Assembly: GCA_963817895.1 (NCBI GenBank)
Contig: CAWFQB010000002.1
Span: forward strand, 160,001 to 224,000
Source: an uncultured Chthonomonadaceae bacterium
GTDB taxonomy: Bacteria; Armatimonadota; Chthonomonadetes; Chthonomonadales; Chthonomonadaceae
Direction: 5' to 3'
DNA length: 64,000 bases
Part shown: piece by piece, positions 32,386 through 42,867 of the stretch
Position numbering within the stretch: position 1 is the first letter of the stretch
How the letters are laid out: every line of letters begins with the position of its first letter
Position numbers and translations under genes: made by a program
The notes under the pieces: model-generated
What the model saw: only the letters and a program-made list of their open reading frames with translations
What the model was told of the DNA's origin: nothing
Databases searched by the model: none

Positions 32386-32402
32386 TTCTATCGCCAATAG
32401 AA
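32386..32402. promoter_or_regulatory. putative BlaI autoregulatory operator TTCTAT-CGCCA-ATAGAA
   Basis: Palindrome between the BlaI-like gene and the divergent gene. Confidence 0.7.
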
Positions 32403-32499
32403 AGATTTGGCTGGATTCAAGTATAATGATGCCCAGATGGTCTCGAAAAGTTATTTTGCCGCAATGCTGTGGACGCGGAGGCGGCAACAAGGAGAAATT

Positions 32500-33630
32500 A
32501 TGCGGTTCAAATACCTATGCGCTTTGTTCACCCTTTCAGCAGTTCTGGGGCTTGCGACTTCCAGGCAAGCAACGGCTCAGAGTTCCACGGTAGTTCCGGT
32601 CATTCCGACTGGCGCGCTGACCGAAGCACGGGAGCCACAAGTCGCCGTTAGCGCAACGGGCAAAGTGTTCGTGACGTATGGGGTGAAGAACGCCCTTTAC
32701 TGCTCGGTGTCGGGCGACGGAGGCCATAAATATGCTCCGCCCATCAAGGTTGGTGAAGCGGGCGCACTGGCGCTCGGTATGCGTCGGGGGCCGCGCATTG
32801 CAGTCACCAACAAAGCCGTGGTCATCTCTGCCGTTTATGGTGGACAGGGTGCGGGGCATGACGGCGACCTGCTGGCATGGCGGTCGCAGGATGGCGGCAA
32901 GACCTGGCAAGGGCCGTCCAAAGTAAATGACGTTCCTGGTGCGGCGCGCGAGGGACTACACGCGATGGCAGCCTCGCCCAAAGGCGTACTCACCTGCGCG
33001 TGGCTCGACCTCCGAACGAAGGGAACGAAGATTTATGCTTCTTCTTCGCAGGATGGGGGAGCGACGTGGGGTACGAACAAACTCGTCTATCAGTCCCCGG
33101 ATGAAACCGTGTGTGAATGCTGCCACCCATCCGTTGCCTACGACGCGCAAGGGCGGCTCTATATCATGTGGCGCAACTGGCTTGGCGGTTCGCGCGATAT
33201 GTACCTGACGCGCTCCGATGACAGTGGCAAGACCTTCGCATCCGCTCAGAAACTCGGCGTTGGAACCTGGCCTTTGAACGCCTGCCCAATGGATGGCGGC
33301 GCGGTTTCTGTTGCCAATGGATCGGTGACGACGTTCTGGCAGAGGAACCGCAAAATGTTTGAGTGCGCGCCAGGAGGCGAAGAACACGTTATTGGGGACG
33401 GAGTGCAGGGTTGGATTGCCGCTGGCACATCGGGCGCGTACCATGTCTGGTTAGAACGGCGCGGGGGTACGCTTATGGCTCAGATGCCTGCCAAACACGC
33501 CCTGATGTTGGCCCCTTCCGCTGACGACCCGGTTGTCGCATCTGCACCAGATGGTAAAGGGCTGATTGTGGCTGTCTGGAAGACGACGAAAGAGGGTGCA
33601 TCCAGTATTCTAAGCAGTGTCTTGCCGTAG
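32500..33630 (+). CDS. secreted BNR/Asp-box (sialidase-fold) protein
   Basis: Signal peptide; repeated SxDGGxTW; CECCHP and CPMDGG motifs. Confidence 0.85.
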   Translation: MRFKYLCALFTLSAVLGLATSRQATAQSSTVVPVIPTGALTEAREPQVAVSATGKVFVTYGVKNALYCSVSGDGGHKYAPPIKVGEAGALALGMRRGPRIAVTNKAVVISAVYGGQGAGHDGDLLAWRSQDGGKTWQGPSKVNDVPGAAREGLHAMAASPKGVLTCAWLDLRTKGTKIYASSSQDGGATWGTNKLVYQSPDETVCECCHPSVAYDAQGRLYIMWRNWLGGSRDMYLTRSDDSGKTFASAQKLGVGTWPLNACPMDGGAVSVANGSVTTFWQRNRKMFECAPGGEEHVIGDGVQGWIAAGTSGAYHVWLERRGGTLMAQMPAKHALMLAPSADDPVVASAPDGKGLIVAVWKTTKEGASSILSSVLP

Positions 33631-33651
33631 CACTCTCTACAAGGGCAGTGT

Positions 33652-33693
33652 AAATGCCTGTGCCAGCCGAAGTTTGGGCTGGCACAGGCATTT
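33652..33693. terminator. bidirectional terminator-like hairpin
   Basis: 17-bp arms AAATGCCTGTGCCAGCC between convergent genes. Confidence 0.7.
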
Positions 33694-33903
33694 GTTCATC
33701 AGGATACTTTCTGCGAGACGTATACCAGCCCATCAACCCAACCATCCGTAGATTTCAGCACGATACAGCGTTCGTCCGAAGAAGAACAAACCGAACAGCA
33801 ATGATAGCCCGAATAGAATACGCGCACTGTACTCGTCCTACTTCTTACCGCCTAGTGCGTCGATCTCCAACCATCATTCAAAGGACATCATATTTGCGTG
33901 GTT

Positions 33904-34944
33904 TCAGCGCCAGTCCAAGCCATACATGCCAGTAGGCGAACCGCCTGCCACTTCTATGCGTACCTGCCCCGTTCCATCGGCGTTCATCATCCAGACGTAT
34001 GAGCCAGAGTAAAATGAACTTTCATCTACGGAACCACGATTGGACGCAAAGGCAATTTTGGTTCCGTCCGGGCTAAATACAGGTAGGTGATCCGTTGAGG
34101 GCGCTGTGGTAAGTTGCTGTTGGTGTGAGCCATCCGCATCCATTACCCATATATGAAAATCCGACGTGTAGACAATGCGCTTTCCATCCGGGCTGTAATT
34201 GGCTTCCCATTGATTGCCTGTGGTTGTTAGCGTTCGTTGTCCCGTACCATCTATGTTCATCACGACAATATGTGAAGTCGAGGTCGTCGCGCCTAGCACA
34301 TGTAGTGACTGAAGGCAAAGGATATGTTTTCCATCTGGGCTATAAACGGGCTTTGATCCTCCTTTATCACCCTTCACAATGAGCCGCAAATCCGTGCCAT
34401 CTACTTTGATGGAAGATATGTCATTGACCCCGCTGCCCCCCGCAAATAGGAGCCGAGACCCATCCGGGCTAAATGAGGGCTGACCAGCAAAGAGACCTGG
34501 TAACACAGCGCCACCTCTTTTCGGAATACTGCCATCCGCATTGATGAGGTCAATGCTTAATATGCCCGAACCAGAGTCAAAAGCAATTTGGCTGCCATCA
34601 GGACTGAAGCGGGTATCTGCGGCACTGCCACTATTTGGGCCGCTGACAACCTGAACAAGATTGCTGCCATTGGGGTTGACGGTGTAAATGCCCTGTTTGG
34701 GTGGATCAATGGCGACAAATACCAACCGGTTGGGGCCAGTCACACGAACGGGAGGAGTAACCACATTGTTACCTCCCCCACATCCGTACAGATTTAGAAA
34801 GGCCATTGTGAGGAACACCCAAAACCCCTGTGAACGGAACACTGCAAAGCGTCTAAAAGCGTAGAGTTGAAGTGACAAAGCACAATCTCCTAACGGGAAA
34901 TGGTCGGAAGGGGCTACCAATAATAAGACGCGAACTGCTGGCAT
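33904..34944 (-). CDS. TolB-like PD40 beta-propeller lipoprotein
   Basis: Repeated P.FSPDG..I.F units; LYGC lipobox; start uncertain. Confidence 0.85.
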   Translation of the reverse strand: MPAVRVLLLVAPSDHFPLGDCALSLQLYAFRRFAVFRSQGFWVFLTMAFLNLYGCGGGNNVVTPPVRVTGPNRLVFVAIDPPKQGIYTVNPNGSNLVQVVSGPNSGSAADTRFSPDGSQIAFDSGSGILSIDLINADGSIPKRGGAVLPGLFAGQPSFSPDGSRLLFAGGSGVNDISSIKVDGTDLRLIVKGDKGGSKPVYSPDGKHILCLQSLHVLGATTSTSHIVVMNIDGTGQRTLTTTGNQWEANYSPDGKRIVYTSDFHIWVMDADGSHQQQLTTAPSTDHLPVFSPDGTKIAFASNRGSVDESSFYSGSYVWMMNADGTGQVRIEVAGGSPTGMYGLDWR

Positions 34945-35057
34945 TTTAGTGCGTTGAGAAGCAGAAAGCCTGAAAGAGAGTCATACTACGACCGCACCTG
35001 GTCAGGTTGAAAAGACGCGGGAACGCTCATGGTATAAGCACCTAGTATGGTACCAAT

Positions 35058-36371
35058 TTATTTGAATGTTACCTGTGCTGCAACGCTATTGGCTTCCTGA
35101 TTGAGAGACAGACTCCAGCCGTTGGCAACCACAATAGCCTTGCAGATTGCCAGCCCCAAGCCATTGCCGCCCGTGTCTGAATTGCGCGAAGAGTCCGGGC
35201 GATAGAACGGCTCGAACAGTTTGTCTTCATTCCATTCGGGCAAAGGCAGGCATTCATTGAAAATGGTCAGCCGCGTCTCCTCTGGAAGAACCTGGATACA
35301 AACCTGGACTTCGCTACCTGGCACAGCGTATTTGACAGCGTTCTCCAATAGGTTACGAAGCAGAATATCCAGATGCGAGGCTATTTCCTGAATCCAAACA
35401 GTTTCGGATGGGCAAATCATAAAGCGCAGACCGCGCGATGTGGCAAGCGGCGCAAACTCCTCTGTCCACCCAGCGCAGGCTTCCCCTAGTTTCACGGCCT
35501 GTTTCTCACGAACTGGCGTTGCTTCCAACTGGTTCAACAGTAGCAGCGCTTGTACGAGCGAGGTCAGCCGCTCACTCTGTAAGTGGGCTTCCGCCAGAGC
35601 AATCCGGTAATCCTCCGCCTTGCGTTCGCGCATCAAGGCCAACTCCAGATAACCCTTAAGCGTTTGCAAGGGCGTTCGTAGTTCATGGGAAGCCGCCGCA
35701 TAAAAGCGTTCCCGCGCCGAAATTGCGCCGGAGAGCCGTCCTAGCAGCGCATTCAGCGTCCCTACAAGATGCACAATCTCTGTATCCTGTGATGGAGCGT
35801 TGAGATGAATACGCAAGTTATCCGTCGAAGCAGCGTCCGCCTGCATCGAAAGTCCATAGATCGGCGAAAGCGTCCGACCAACAAGCATCCATACTCCGAA
35901 TGTCGCTCCCAGAAATAATGCCAGACACAGCGCAATCAGCATAAGCGCCTGCGCCCGTAGCGTGTTTTCTGTCTTTTGCCAGTGGTAGCCCAGAACCGCC
36001 GTCTTGCTTCCCAGGGCAACCGTTTGAATACGCCACTCTTGCGGATCGGGGCGAGGCCAAGTGGGAACCTTGCCCGGCGTTTTTAGCGTCATGCCTCCCT
36101 GTGCATCCACTATCACCAGCGCAAGGTTTTGCTGTGTCAGTTCGTCCGGCTCGTCCGACCACCCGGCTTTGCCTTGTTCCTGCCGCGTCTCGGAGTATTC
36201 TCCCCGCATCTTATCGGCAGCGGTTTGCAGCGCGGCGTCTGCGCTTCGCTCCGCCGTATGGCGGGCAAACCACAGAATGAAACCGCCGAAGATCAGGATC
36301 AGGGCGGCGAAGGCACAGGCGAAAGCCGCTGTCATGCGGGAGCGCAGCGATCTAAGTTTCATGGTGGGCAT
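35058..36371 (-). CDS. sensor histidine kinase (HAMP-HisKA-HATPase)
   Basis: ASHELRTPL, NLLENAVKY, FEPFYR, GNGLGLAI. Confidence 0.92.
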   Translation of the reverse strand: MPTMKLRSLRSRMTAAFACAFAALILIFGGFILWFARHTAERSADAALQTAADKMRGEYSETRQEQGKAGWSDEPDELTQQNLALVIVDAQGGMTLKTPGKVPTWPRPDPQEWRIQTVALGSKTAVLGYHWQKTENTLRAQALMLIALCLALFLGATFGVWMLVGRTLSPIYGLSMQADAASTDNLRIHLNAPSQDTEIVHLVGTLNALLGRLSGAISARERFYAAASHELRTPLQTLKGYLELALMRERKAEDYRIALAEAHLQSERLTSLVQALLLLNQLEATPVREKQAVKLGEACAGWTEEFAPLATSRGLRFMICPSETVWIQEIASHLDILLRNLLENAVKYAVPGSEVQVCIQVLPEETRLTIFNECLPLPEWNEDKLFEPFYRPDSSRNSDTGGNGLGLAICKAIVVANGWSLSLNQEANSVAAQVTFK

Positions 36372-37029
36372 CCAGGCAAAAGCCCACCCCCCGCACCGTG
36401 CGAATCAGGGCGGGGGAGTGGTTGCGGTCTATCTTGCCGCGAAGGTAGCCGATATACACATCCAAAACGTTGTCATTGCCGTCAAAGTCATACTGCCAGA
36501 CGTGTTCCATAATCATGGAGCGCGTCAGCACACGCCCGGCATTTCGCATCAGATATTCCAGCAGCGCGTACTCGGTAGCCGAAAGGGAGATTGTCTTGCC
36601 GTTGCGCGATGCTCGCCGCGCCGCAGGATCAAGCGTCAGGTCGGCAACGCGCAGCACAGCGGGGGTGGAAACGCCCCGCCGCATCAGGGCGCGCATCCGG
36701 GCCAGCAGTTCCCGGATTGCTACGGGTTTGACGATGTAATCATCCGCGCCGCTGTCCAGACCCTCTACCTTGTTATCTACCGCGTCGCGCGCCGTAATTA
36801 TCAACACGGGCGACAGAATACGGGCGGCGCGAAGGCGACGGCAGACTTCCAGCCCGTCCAAGCCCGGCAGCATGATGTCCAGCAGTATCAGATCGAACTC
36901 GAAACTTTGCGCCAGTTCCAGCGCGGCAGAACCGTTGTGTTCCACCTGCGTGACGTACCCGGCTTCGCTAACCGCCTGTTGCAGCAGTCGCGCCAGGCTT
37001 TTATCATCTTCCACAATCAGAACATTCAT
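36352..37029 (-). CDS. OmpR-family response regulator
   Basis: LIVEDD, LLDIMLP, GADDYIVKP, IRTVRGVG. Confidence 0.95.
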   Translation of the reverse strand: MNVLIVEDDKSLARLLQQAVSEAGYVTQVEHNGSAALELAQSFEFDLILLDIMLPGLDGLEVCRRLRAARILSPVLIITARDAVDNKVEGLDSGADDYIVKPVAIRELLARMRALMRRGVSTPAVLRVADLTLDPAARRASRNGKTISLSATEYALLEYLMRNAGRVLTRSMIMEHVWQYDFDGNDNVLDVYIGYLRGKIDRNHSPALIRTVRGVGFCLDAHHET

Positions 37030-37100
37030 GTCGGTTTCCCGCAAAAGAAGCAGGCGAGCCGTTTGCCTCGCCTGCCTGTCGCACTGTCGGGTGCAGAGGG

Positions 37101-37526
37101 TTACGGCTTTTCGGGCTTCTCGCCCTTCTCCTCCGCTCCTGCGCTTGCGCTGACTTTGCCGCCAGTGGCTTTCGTCAACATGTCCTTCATCTCCTTCGCC
37201 TCATCCTCCGGCGTGACGGTTTCCACAGCGCCCACCTTGCCCGTCATCGGGTCAATCTCCACCTCTTTGATGGTTTTGCCCAACACGATCATCACGCCGT
37301 ACACCCACTTGCCCTCATCGAACTCGAAATTGGCTTGCAGCGGGCGACCGACGACCTTGCCTTCCGCAATCTTGATCGCTTCCACCGGAGTAATCTTGCA
37401 CTTGGGTTGCGGCGTCGCGCTTCCCTTCTGCTGCGCCTGTGCCGCCAGCAACCCCGTTCCTCCGGCGAGAACCGTCATCACGCCAAGCGTGGCGTAAAGC
37501 GCTGTCTTCATTCGTTTTGTTTGCAT
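37101..37526 (-). CDS. secreted PepSY-domain protein
   Basis: ITPVEAIKIA...VYGV...VEIDPMTGKV. Confidence 0.8.
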   Translation of the reverse strand: MQTKRMKTALYATLGVMTVLAGGTGLLAAQAQQKGSATPQPKCKITPVEAIKIAEGKVVGRPLQANFEFDEGKWVYGVMIVLGKTIKEVEIDPMTGKVGAVETVTPEDEAKEMKDMLTKATGGKVSASAGAEEKGEKPEKP

Positions 37527-37619
37527 TTCGGCTCCTGTCTTCCCTGGGTTTGTTTAGCCCGCCCTGCGCGAACTTGAAACCAGTATACAGGGCCACCTTG
37601 AAACGAGCCTAAGTTCTAT

Positions 37620-37645
37620 CTGAGAGTTTCCTGAGAAGACTGAGA
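37620..37645. promoter_or_regulatory. CTGAGA direct repeats, candidate response-regulator binding site
   Basis: Three CTGAGA copies (37620, 37631, 37640) between divergent PepSY genes. Confidence 0.45.
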
Positions 37646-37749
37646 AAACTCTCAATCTGTTCACAAGCAGGGTTCAGATTGAAGGCGTACACTGTGACTG
37701 TCGGCGCAACTACGCGCCGATACACCTATCCCTTCGAGGAGAAAAGAAC

Positions 37750-38211
37750 ATGACGAAGCGTTTCAACCTTCTCTCGCTGTCAGCGGCGTGCGGCGCGGTT
37801 TTGGCGGTCACTACCGTCTATGCGCTTGCCAATGCCCCAAAAGCAGTGCCCGACACGGCCCATGCTGCCGTTTCCAAAACCGTTTCCGCTTTCAGCAAAA
37901 CGTTTTCTCCGACCAGCAACAAGAGCGACGGCGATGGCGAGGAGAACGACGAGAAAGACGCGCCCAATCCCACCAGTGCGAAAGTCACCCCGGCACAAGC
38001 AACGGCGGCAGCCCTTGCCGCGCATCCGGGCGGCAAAGTCACCGACACGCCCGAACTTGAAAATGAGAATGGCGTTGCCGTCTACGGCTTAGACATCACA
38101 GTAGCAGACGGCAAGAAGTATGACGTGAAGGTGGACGCCAACACGGGCAAAGTCCTCACATCCGAAGCCGACAACGACGGCGAGCAGAACGACGGGCCGG
38201 ACAGCAAATAG
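37750..38211 (+). CDS. secreted PepSY-domain protein
   Basis: VTPAQATAAAL...VYGL...VKVDANTGKVL. Confidence 0.85.
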   Translation: MTKRFNLLSLSAACGAVLAVTTVYALANAPKAVPDTAHAAVSKTVSAFSKTFSPTSNKSDGDGEENDEKDAPNPTSAKVTPAQATAAALAAHPGGKVTDTPELENENGVAVYGLDITVADGKKYDVKVDANTGKVLTSEADNDGEQNDGPDSK

Positions 38212-38286
38212 TTTCCGGGGGTCGCTGTTCGGGCAGATGCCATCCGCGACTGCCCGAACAGCAAACCGGCGAACAGGGAGAAAGTT

Positions 38287-39072
38287 ATGTTACCGAAAGC
38301 AAACGCGATAGGCCGGGAGATGCTGAACAAAGTGCCGGAAGTCACGCTCTACTTCTGGATTATCAAGGTGTTATGCACTACCGTAGGCGAAACGGCGGCA
38401 GACTCCCTGAACGCCAAACTGCATCTTGGCTTGACCAACACCACCTATATCATGGGCAGCCTCCTGCTCATCACGCTGTTTTTCCAGTTCAGGGCGCGGA
38501 AATACGTTCCCGGCATCTACTGGCTTGCCGTTGTCCTGCTGAGTGTCGTCGGTACGCTCATCACCGATAACCTGACAGACCACTTCAAAGTGTCTCTGGT
38601 GACGACTACCGTGATTTTTAGTGTCGCGCTGGCAGCGACCTTTGCAGCGTGGTACGCGAAAGAGAAAACGCTTTCGATCCATTCCATTTGCACCACCCGG
38701 CGCGAGGGCTTCTACTGGCTGGCGATCCTGTTCACCTTCGCCCTGGGTACGGCGGCGGGCGATCTGGTGGCGGAGAAGTTCGCCCTCGGCTATCTGGTAT
38801 CGCTGCTCCTGTTCGGGGGCATGATTGCGGTCGTGGCGGTCGCTTACTTCCGCTTCAAATTGAACAGCATCCTGGCGTTCTGGATGGCCTACATCCTGAC
38901 CCGTCCGCTTGGCGCGTCGCTTGGCGATTACCTGTCGCAGCCGCATAACTTAGGCGGTCTGAGCCTCGGCACAATGGGAACCAGCGTTCTCTTTCTTGCA
39001 GCGATCCTGAGCCTTGTCATCTTCCTTGCCTTGACAAGACGGGATGTGTCTGGCGTGAAGGCCACCGCGTAA
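38287..39072 (+). CDS. COG4705/DUF347 membrane protein
   Basis: KVPEVTLYFWIIK..TT.GET..D, FALGTAAGD, LTRPLGA. Confidence 0.85.
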   Translation: MLPKANAIGREMLNKVPEVTLYFWIIKVLCTTVGETAADSLNAKLHLGLTNTTYIMGSLLLITLFFQFRARKYVPGIYWLAVVLLSVVGTLITDNLTDHFKVSLVTTTVIFSVALAATFAAWYAKEKTLSIHSICTTRREGFYWLAILFTFALGTAAGDLVAEKFALGYLVSLLLFGGMIAVVAVAYFRFKLNSILAFWMAYILTRPLGASLGDYLSQPHNLGGLSLGTMGTSVLFLAAILSLVIFLALTRRDVSGVKATA

Positions 39073-39197
39073 CGGGGCGCAACAACCTCTGTCAACCCGT
39101 CCGCTCCGTTCGCCATATACAAGAGACGGAGAAAACGATAGGGTAAATCAGGGTTGGAAAAGGAATCGCTTTGCCCCGTATTCAACAAGGAACCGCT

Positions 39198-39944
39198 ATG
39201 AACACAAGCAAAGTCGCCCAGGTGACGCTTTATTTCTGGATTATGAAAATCTGTGCGACCACATTGGGCGAAACGGCGGGCGACCTGCTTTCCATGACGC
39301 TCAATGTCGGCTACGCCGTGAGTTCCGCCATTCTGATCGGCTTGTTTCTGGTGACGCTGACGGCGCAACTCGCCTCGAAAAAGTTTCACCCGTTCCTCTA
39401 TTGGGCGGTGATTCTCGCCACCAGCACCGCCGGTACAACCATGTCGGATTACATGGATCGCACATTGGGACTTGGCTACGCCAAAGGCTCCCTGATCCTC
39501 ATTTGCTGCCTGGTGGCGGTGCTGTCCGCGTGGCGTTACAGTGAAAAGACGCTTTCCGTTGACAACATCCACACCACCAAAGCAGAATTGTTTTACTGGA
39601 TAGCGATCCTGTTTTCCAATACGCTCGGAACCGCCGCCGGAGATTACCTTGCTGATAGTTCCGGCCTGGGCTTCTTGGGAGGAGCCGCGCTGATCGGCGG
39701 ACTACTGGTATTGATTACCCTTGCCGCCTTTTTCACTCGCATCAATCGCATCCTGCTCTTTTGGCTCGCCTTTGTGCTGACCCGTCCCTTCGGGGCAACG
39801 TTCGGCGACCTGCTCACGAAGCCGGTTCCAAAAGGCGGGTTGGGCTTCGGAACGATTGGGTCTTCTGTGATCCTTGCCGCCTTGCTCGTGGGGTTTGTCC
39901 TCTACACGAGCATCAAAGATAAACAAGCGGGCCGGTCGCACTAA
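39198..39944 (+). CDS. COG4705/DUF347 membrane protein (paralog)
   Basis: KVAQVTLYFWIMK, NTLGTAAGD, LTRPFGA. Confidence 0.85.
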   Translation: MNTSKVAQVTLYFWIMKICATTLGETAGDLLSMTLNVGYAVSSAILIGLFLVTLTAQLASKKFHPFLYWAVILATSTAGTTMSDYMDRTLGLGYAKGSLILICCLVAVLSAWRYSEKTLSVDNIHTTKAELFYWIAILFSNTLGTAAGDYLADSSGLGFLGGAALIGGLLVLITLAAFFTRINRILLFWLAFVLTRPFGATFGDLLTKPVPKGGLGFGTIGSSVILAALLVGFVLYTSIKDKQAGRSH

Positions 39945-40032
39945 AGGAGCCGCCGTCTTAGCGCCTCATGCGTTACACAATTTCAATACGTGACAAGCAG
40001 GCACTTCCTTGCCTGTCGGAGAGTTTATATCC

Positions 40033-40614
40033 ATGTTTTTATGTCGCCTGCTTGCTTCGACTGTCCTACTCGTTACTTGTGCTGCCAGCGTTGCGCTCTG
40101 TCCTGTGCAAGCGCGCGCGGACGAACCTGTAAATCGCCAAGCCTGGCATTTCATGTCAAATATGGGCAACATCCTTTATCTTGCCGCAGGGGTGGGTGTG
40201 CCGCTCATCGAGGACGGAAGAAAGGGGCGTACTCATGCCCTGCGCTCTGCGGATACTCTGCTAACCAGTGTACTGCTCTCGGAAGGGATGAAAGGCTTGT
40301 TTCAGGAGAAGCGCCCCGACAGTAACGCGCACGACAGTTTCCCAAGCGGTCACGCCACCGCCGCGTTTTCCGTGGCTGCCCTTGAAAGCGGCTTACATCC
40401 GCGTCAGGCTCCCTATTGGTATGCAGGGGCGACTTTGATTGCGGCGTCGCGTGTCGGGCTGCATCGGCATACGGTAGGCGATGTTCTGGCAGGAGCCGCA
40501 TTGGGGTATGGCGTCACCCGGCTGGAACTTTCCACCCGGCGCGGCCTGCTTCTCTCGCCATTCATCCGGCCTGAACAACACGCCTACGGACTTACCCTGT
40601 CCAAGTCGTTCTGA
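40033..40614 (+). CDS. PAP2-family phosphatase
   Basis: K-x6-RP, SFPSGH, SR-x5-H-x3-D. Confidence 0.9.
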   Translation: MFLCRLLASTVLLVTCAASVALCPVQARADEPVNRQAWHFMSNMGNILYLAAGVGVPLIEDGRKGRTHALRSADTLLTSVLLSEGMKGLFQEKRPDSNAHDSFPSGHATAAFSVAALESGLHPRQAPYWYAGATLIAASRVGLHRHTVGDVLAGAALGYGVTRLELSTRRGLLLSPFIRPEQHAYGLTLSKSF

Positions 40615-40640
40615 CCTTGTTGCAGCATACCCTGCCTACG

Positions 40641-41417
40641 TTAGGTGAGCCAGCCGTAAACTTCGGCGCGGTAGAGCGTCCTGCCCAGGAAAAACAGCCC
40701 GAAAAGAAGCAGGAACCAGCCAAAGGCGAGACGGGACTGTTTTTGGTTCAGCGCCAGTCCTAACCGTGCGCCCACATAGGTTGAGGGGATGACGCCCAGG
40801 CTAAGACGCAGGGCCAGCGACCATTCTACATGATGCAGCCGCCAATGTACCCACGTTCCGGGCACCGCCAGCAATGCGACCGCCACGAGGGACGTTCCCG
40901 CCGCTTCCTACGCGCCCATCGAGAATAGAAGCATATACGCGGGGACGAGTAGAAAGCCGCCTCCATTGGCAAGCAGGCCCGATAGGAAGCCCACGCCCGC
41001 GCCGACAGTCACGAGCGCCAGGGGCGCGATCTCCTGCCTCTCCTTTCGTTCAGGGGCTACCGGGGCCAAGCGCAGCAACCGGACGCCAACGGCAGCCACG
41101 AATAGCCCGGTCAGGATCATCAGGAGCCGACCGGGAACATTTTGCGTAAGGTACGAACCCGCGACGACGGCAGGAACGCCGCCGATGGCTGTCCAGAGAA
41201 CCGCCCGCAGGTTGACGAGGCCGCGCTTCCAGTAGGTGAAGCCTCCGACTAGAGCCGTCGGAAGCGTCACCGGAAGCGGCGTACCAAGCGCGATCAAGCG
41301 AGGAACGTCAAGGAGCCGTAGGATTGGCGTTGCTACGCTGCTGCCTCCCACACCGAAAATGCCGGAGAGAAATCCCAGCAACGCGCCCACAGCAATCATC
41401 GTGAAACGGTATTCCAT
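40641..41417 (-). CDS. TauE/SafE (TSUP) transporter (frameshift ~40905)
   Basis: GFLSGIFGVGG and GFLSGLLANGGG repeats. Confidence 0.85.
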
Positions 41418-41452
41418 TCCTTGCCCTCTGGGTAAGTTCGCCTCCCATGCGT

Positions 41453-41848
41453 TCAGATGCGGGCGCTGTCAATAAGATACCAGATGATGAGCAGTCCCAT
41501 TAACACAACAATCGCAGCAAAAGTGAGTACAAGCCCTCCCGACGCCACGTACCGATGTTCACGGATTTGCCCTTGTACTGGTAGAAAGTGGCGGGCCGAC
41601 AGTACAACGGTCAGAAGGCCAATGATCGTGAACAGCAGCCCGATGTTGGAAGCATGGACAATGCCGCGCGAGGGCGGCGTGAGCGCATTTGGCGGGAACA
41701 GGTAGCGTAGTTTGGCAATCACCACGCCGAACCCCATTGTGGCAATACCCGTTCGCAGCCATGCCAGATACGTTCGTTCGTTGGCAAGATGGTCGCGTAC
41801 ACGCTCATCGTCTTGGGAGTGTTCCACGCTTAACTCCTCTTTCATCAT
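41453..41848 (-). CDS. DUF202 (YidH-like) membrane protein
   Basis: RDHLANERTYLAWLRT. Confidence 0.9.
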   Translation of the reverse strand: MMKEELSVEHSQDDERVRDHLANERTYLAWLRTGIATMGFGVVIAKLRYLFPPNALTPPSRGIVHASNIGLLFTIIGLLTVVLSARHFLPVQGQIREHRYVASGGLVLTFAAIVVLMGLLIIWYLIDSARI

Positions 41849-42763
41849 CTACGCGGTTCTGGAAATTGCGTTGTTGCCCACGGCTATGAAATCCCATAGG
41901 GCCGACGCAACTCCGATGAGAGGGCGATCACGCCGCCGTGCCAGGTAGAAGTTTCGCGTTTGCCGCAGTCGCTCATCTGGTATAGGGCATAGTAACCCTG
42001 CTTCTTCTTCTAATCTCGTTGCCCAAGAGGACAGAACTGCCAGCCCTAACCCTGCGGCAACCGATCCCTTGATAGCCTCTGTGCTTGGCATTGCAACCAC
42101 ACGCCGAAACGCTGCCAGGAGCGGCCCCAACAATCCCTCTGCGCCTGCGCGGGTGCTTGCTCCCGGTTCGCGTAGAAAAAGCGTTCGTGTCCGCAAATCG
42201 TGTTCCTGAACAAAAGTTTGTTCCAATAGCGAGTTACCCCTAGTCACCACGAGGCGCAATTCATCCGAAGCCACGGGAACACGCAAGATGTCGGCATCCT
42301 CTTGCGCCTCGCCAACGACGGCAAGCGAGATGCGGTAGTCATGCAGCCAAGTGAGAACCTGCGCGCTATCAGCAATCATTATGTCCGGCTCTACGTTCGG
42401 GTAACGGTCACAAAAGCGGCGCAGCACACCGGGAAGCCAATAGACGCCCGGCGTACTGGACGCGGCAATCTTCACCTTACCTTCAATCTTGTCCTGAACA
42501 GAGACAACGGCGACGCGAGCATCTTCCAGCAGGCCAAAGACACGGTTCGCGTACTCGCTCAACATCTGTCCCGCAGGCGTCAGGCGCATTCCGCGGGGAG
42601 TACGCTCAAACAGCATCACCTGGTATCCGGCTTCCAGCGCACGCAACTGTGATGAAACCGCAGGCTGGCTCACGCACAACATTTTTGCGGCCTTCGTAAT
42701 ACTGCCCCACAAAACGATCTGACGAAAGACATGGAGTGGATAGAGATTGAAGGCGTTATCCAT
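41849..42763 (-). CDS. LysR-family regulator (CysL-like)
   Basis: SITKAA.L.VSQPAVS HTH; REPGASTR, STEAIKGSVAAGLG. Confidence 0.92.
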   Translation of the reverse strand: MDNAFNLYPLHVFRQIVLWGSITKAAKMLCVSQPAVSSQLRALEAGYQVMLFERTPRGMRLTPAGQMLSEYANRVFGLLEDARVAVVSVQDKIEGKVKIAASSTPGVYWLPGVLRRFCDRYPNVEPDIMIADSAQVLTWLHDYRISLAVVGEAQEDADILRVPVASDELRLVVTRGNSLLEQTFVQEHDLRTRTLFLREPGASTRAGAEGLLGPLLAAFRRVVAMPSTEAIKGSVAAGLGLAVLSSWATRLEEEAGLLCPIPDERLRQTRNFYLARRRDRPLIGVASALWDFIAVGNNAISRTA

Positions 42764-42867
42764 AAGCGGAACCTTATGTCCCTCCTTACGCAATATGACG
42801 TTGACTTATTCCTCTTACCCCTGTATGCTTCCTCCTACAAGACCTAATCTGCTGAAAGGAAAGCAAC

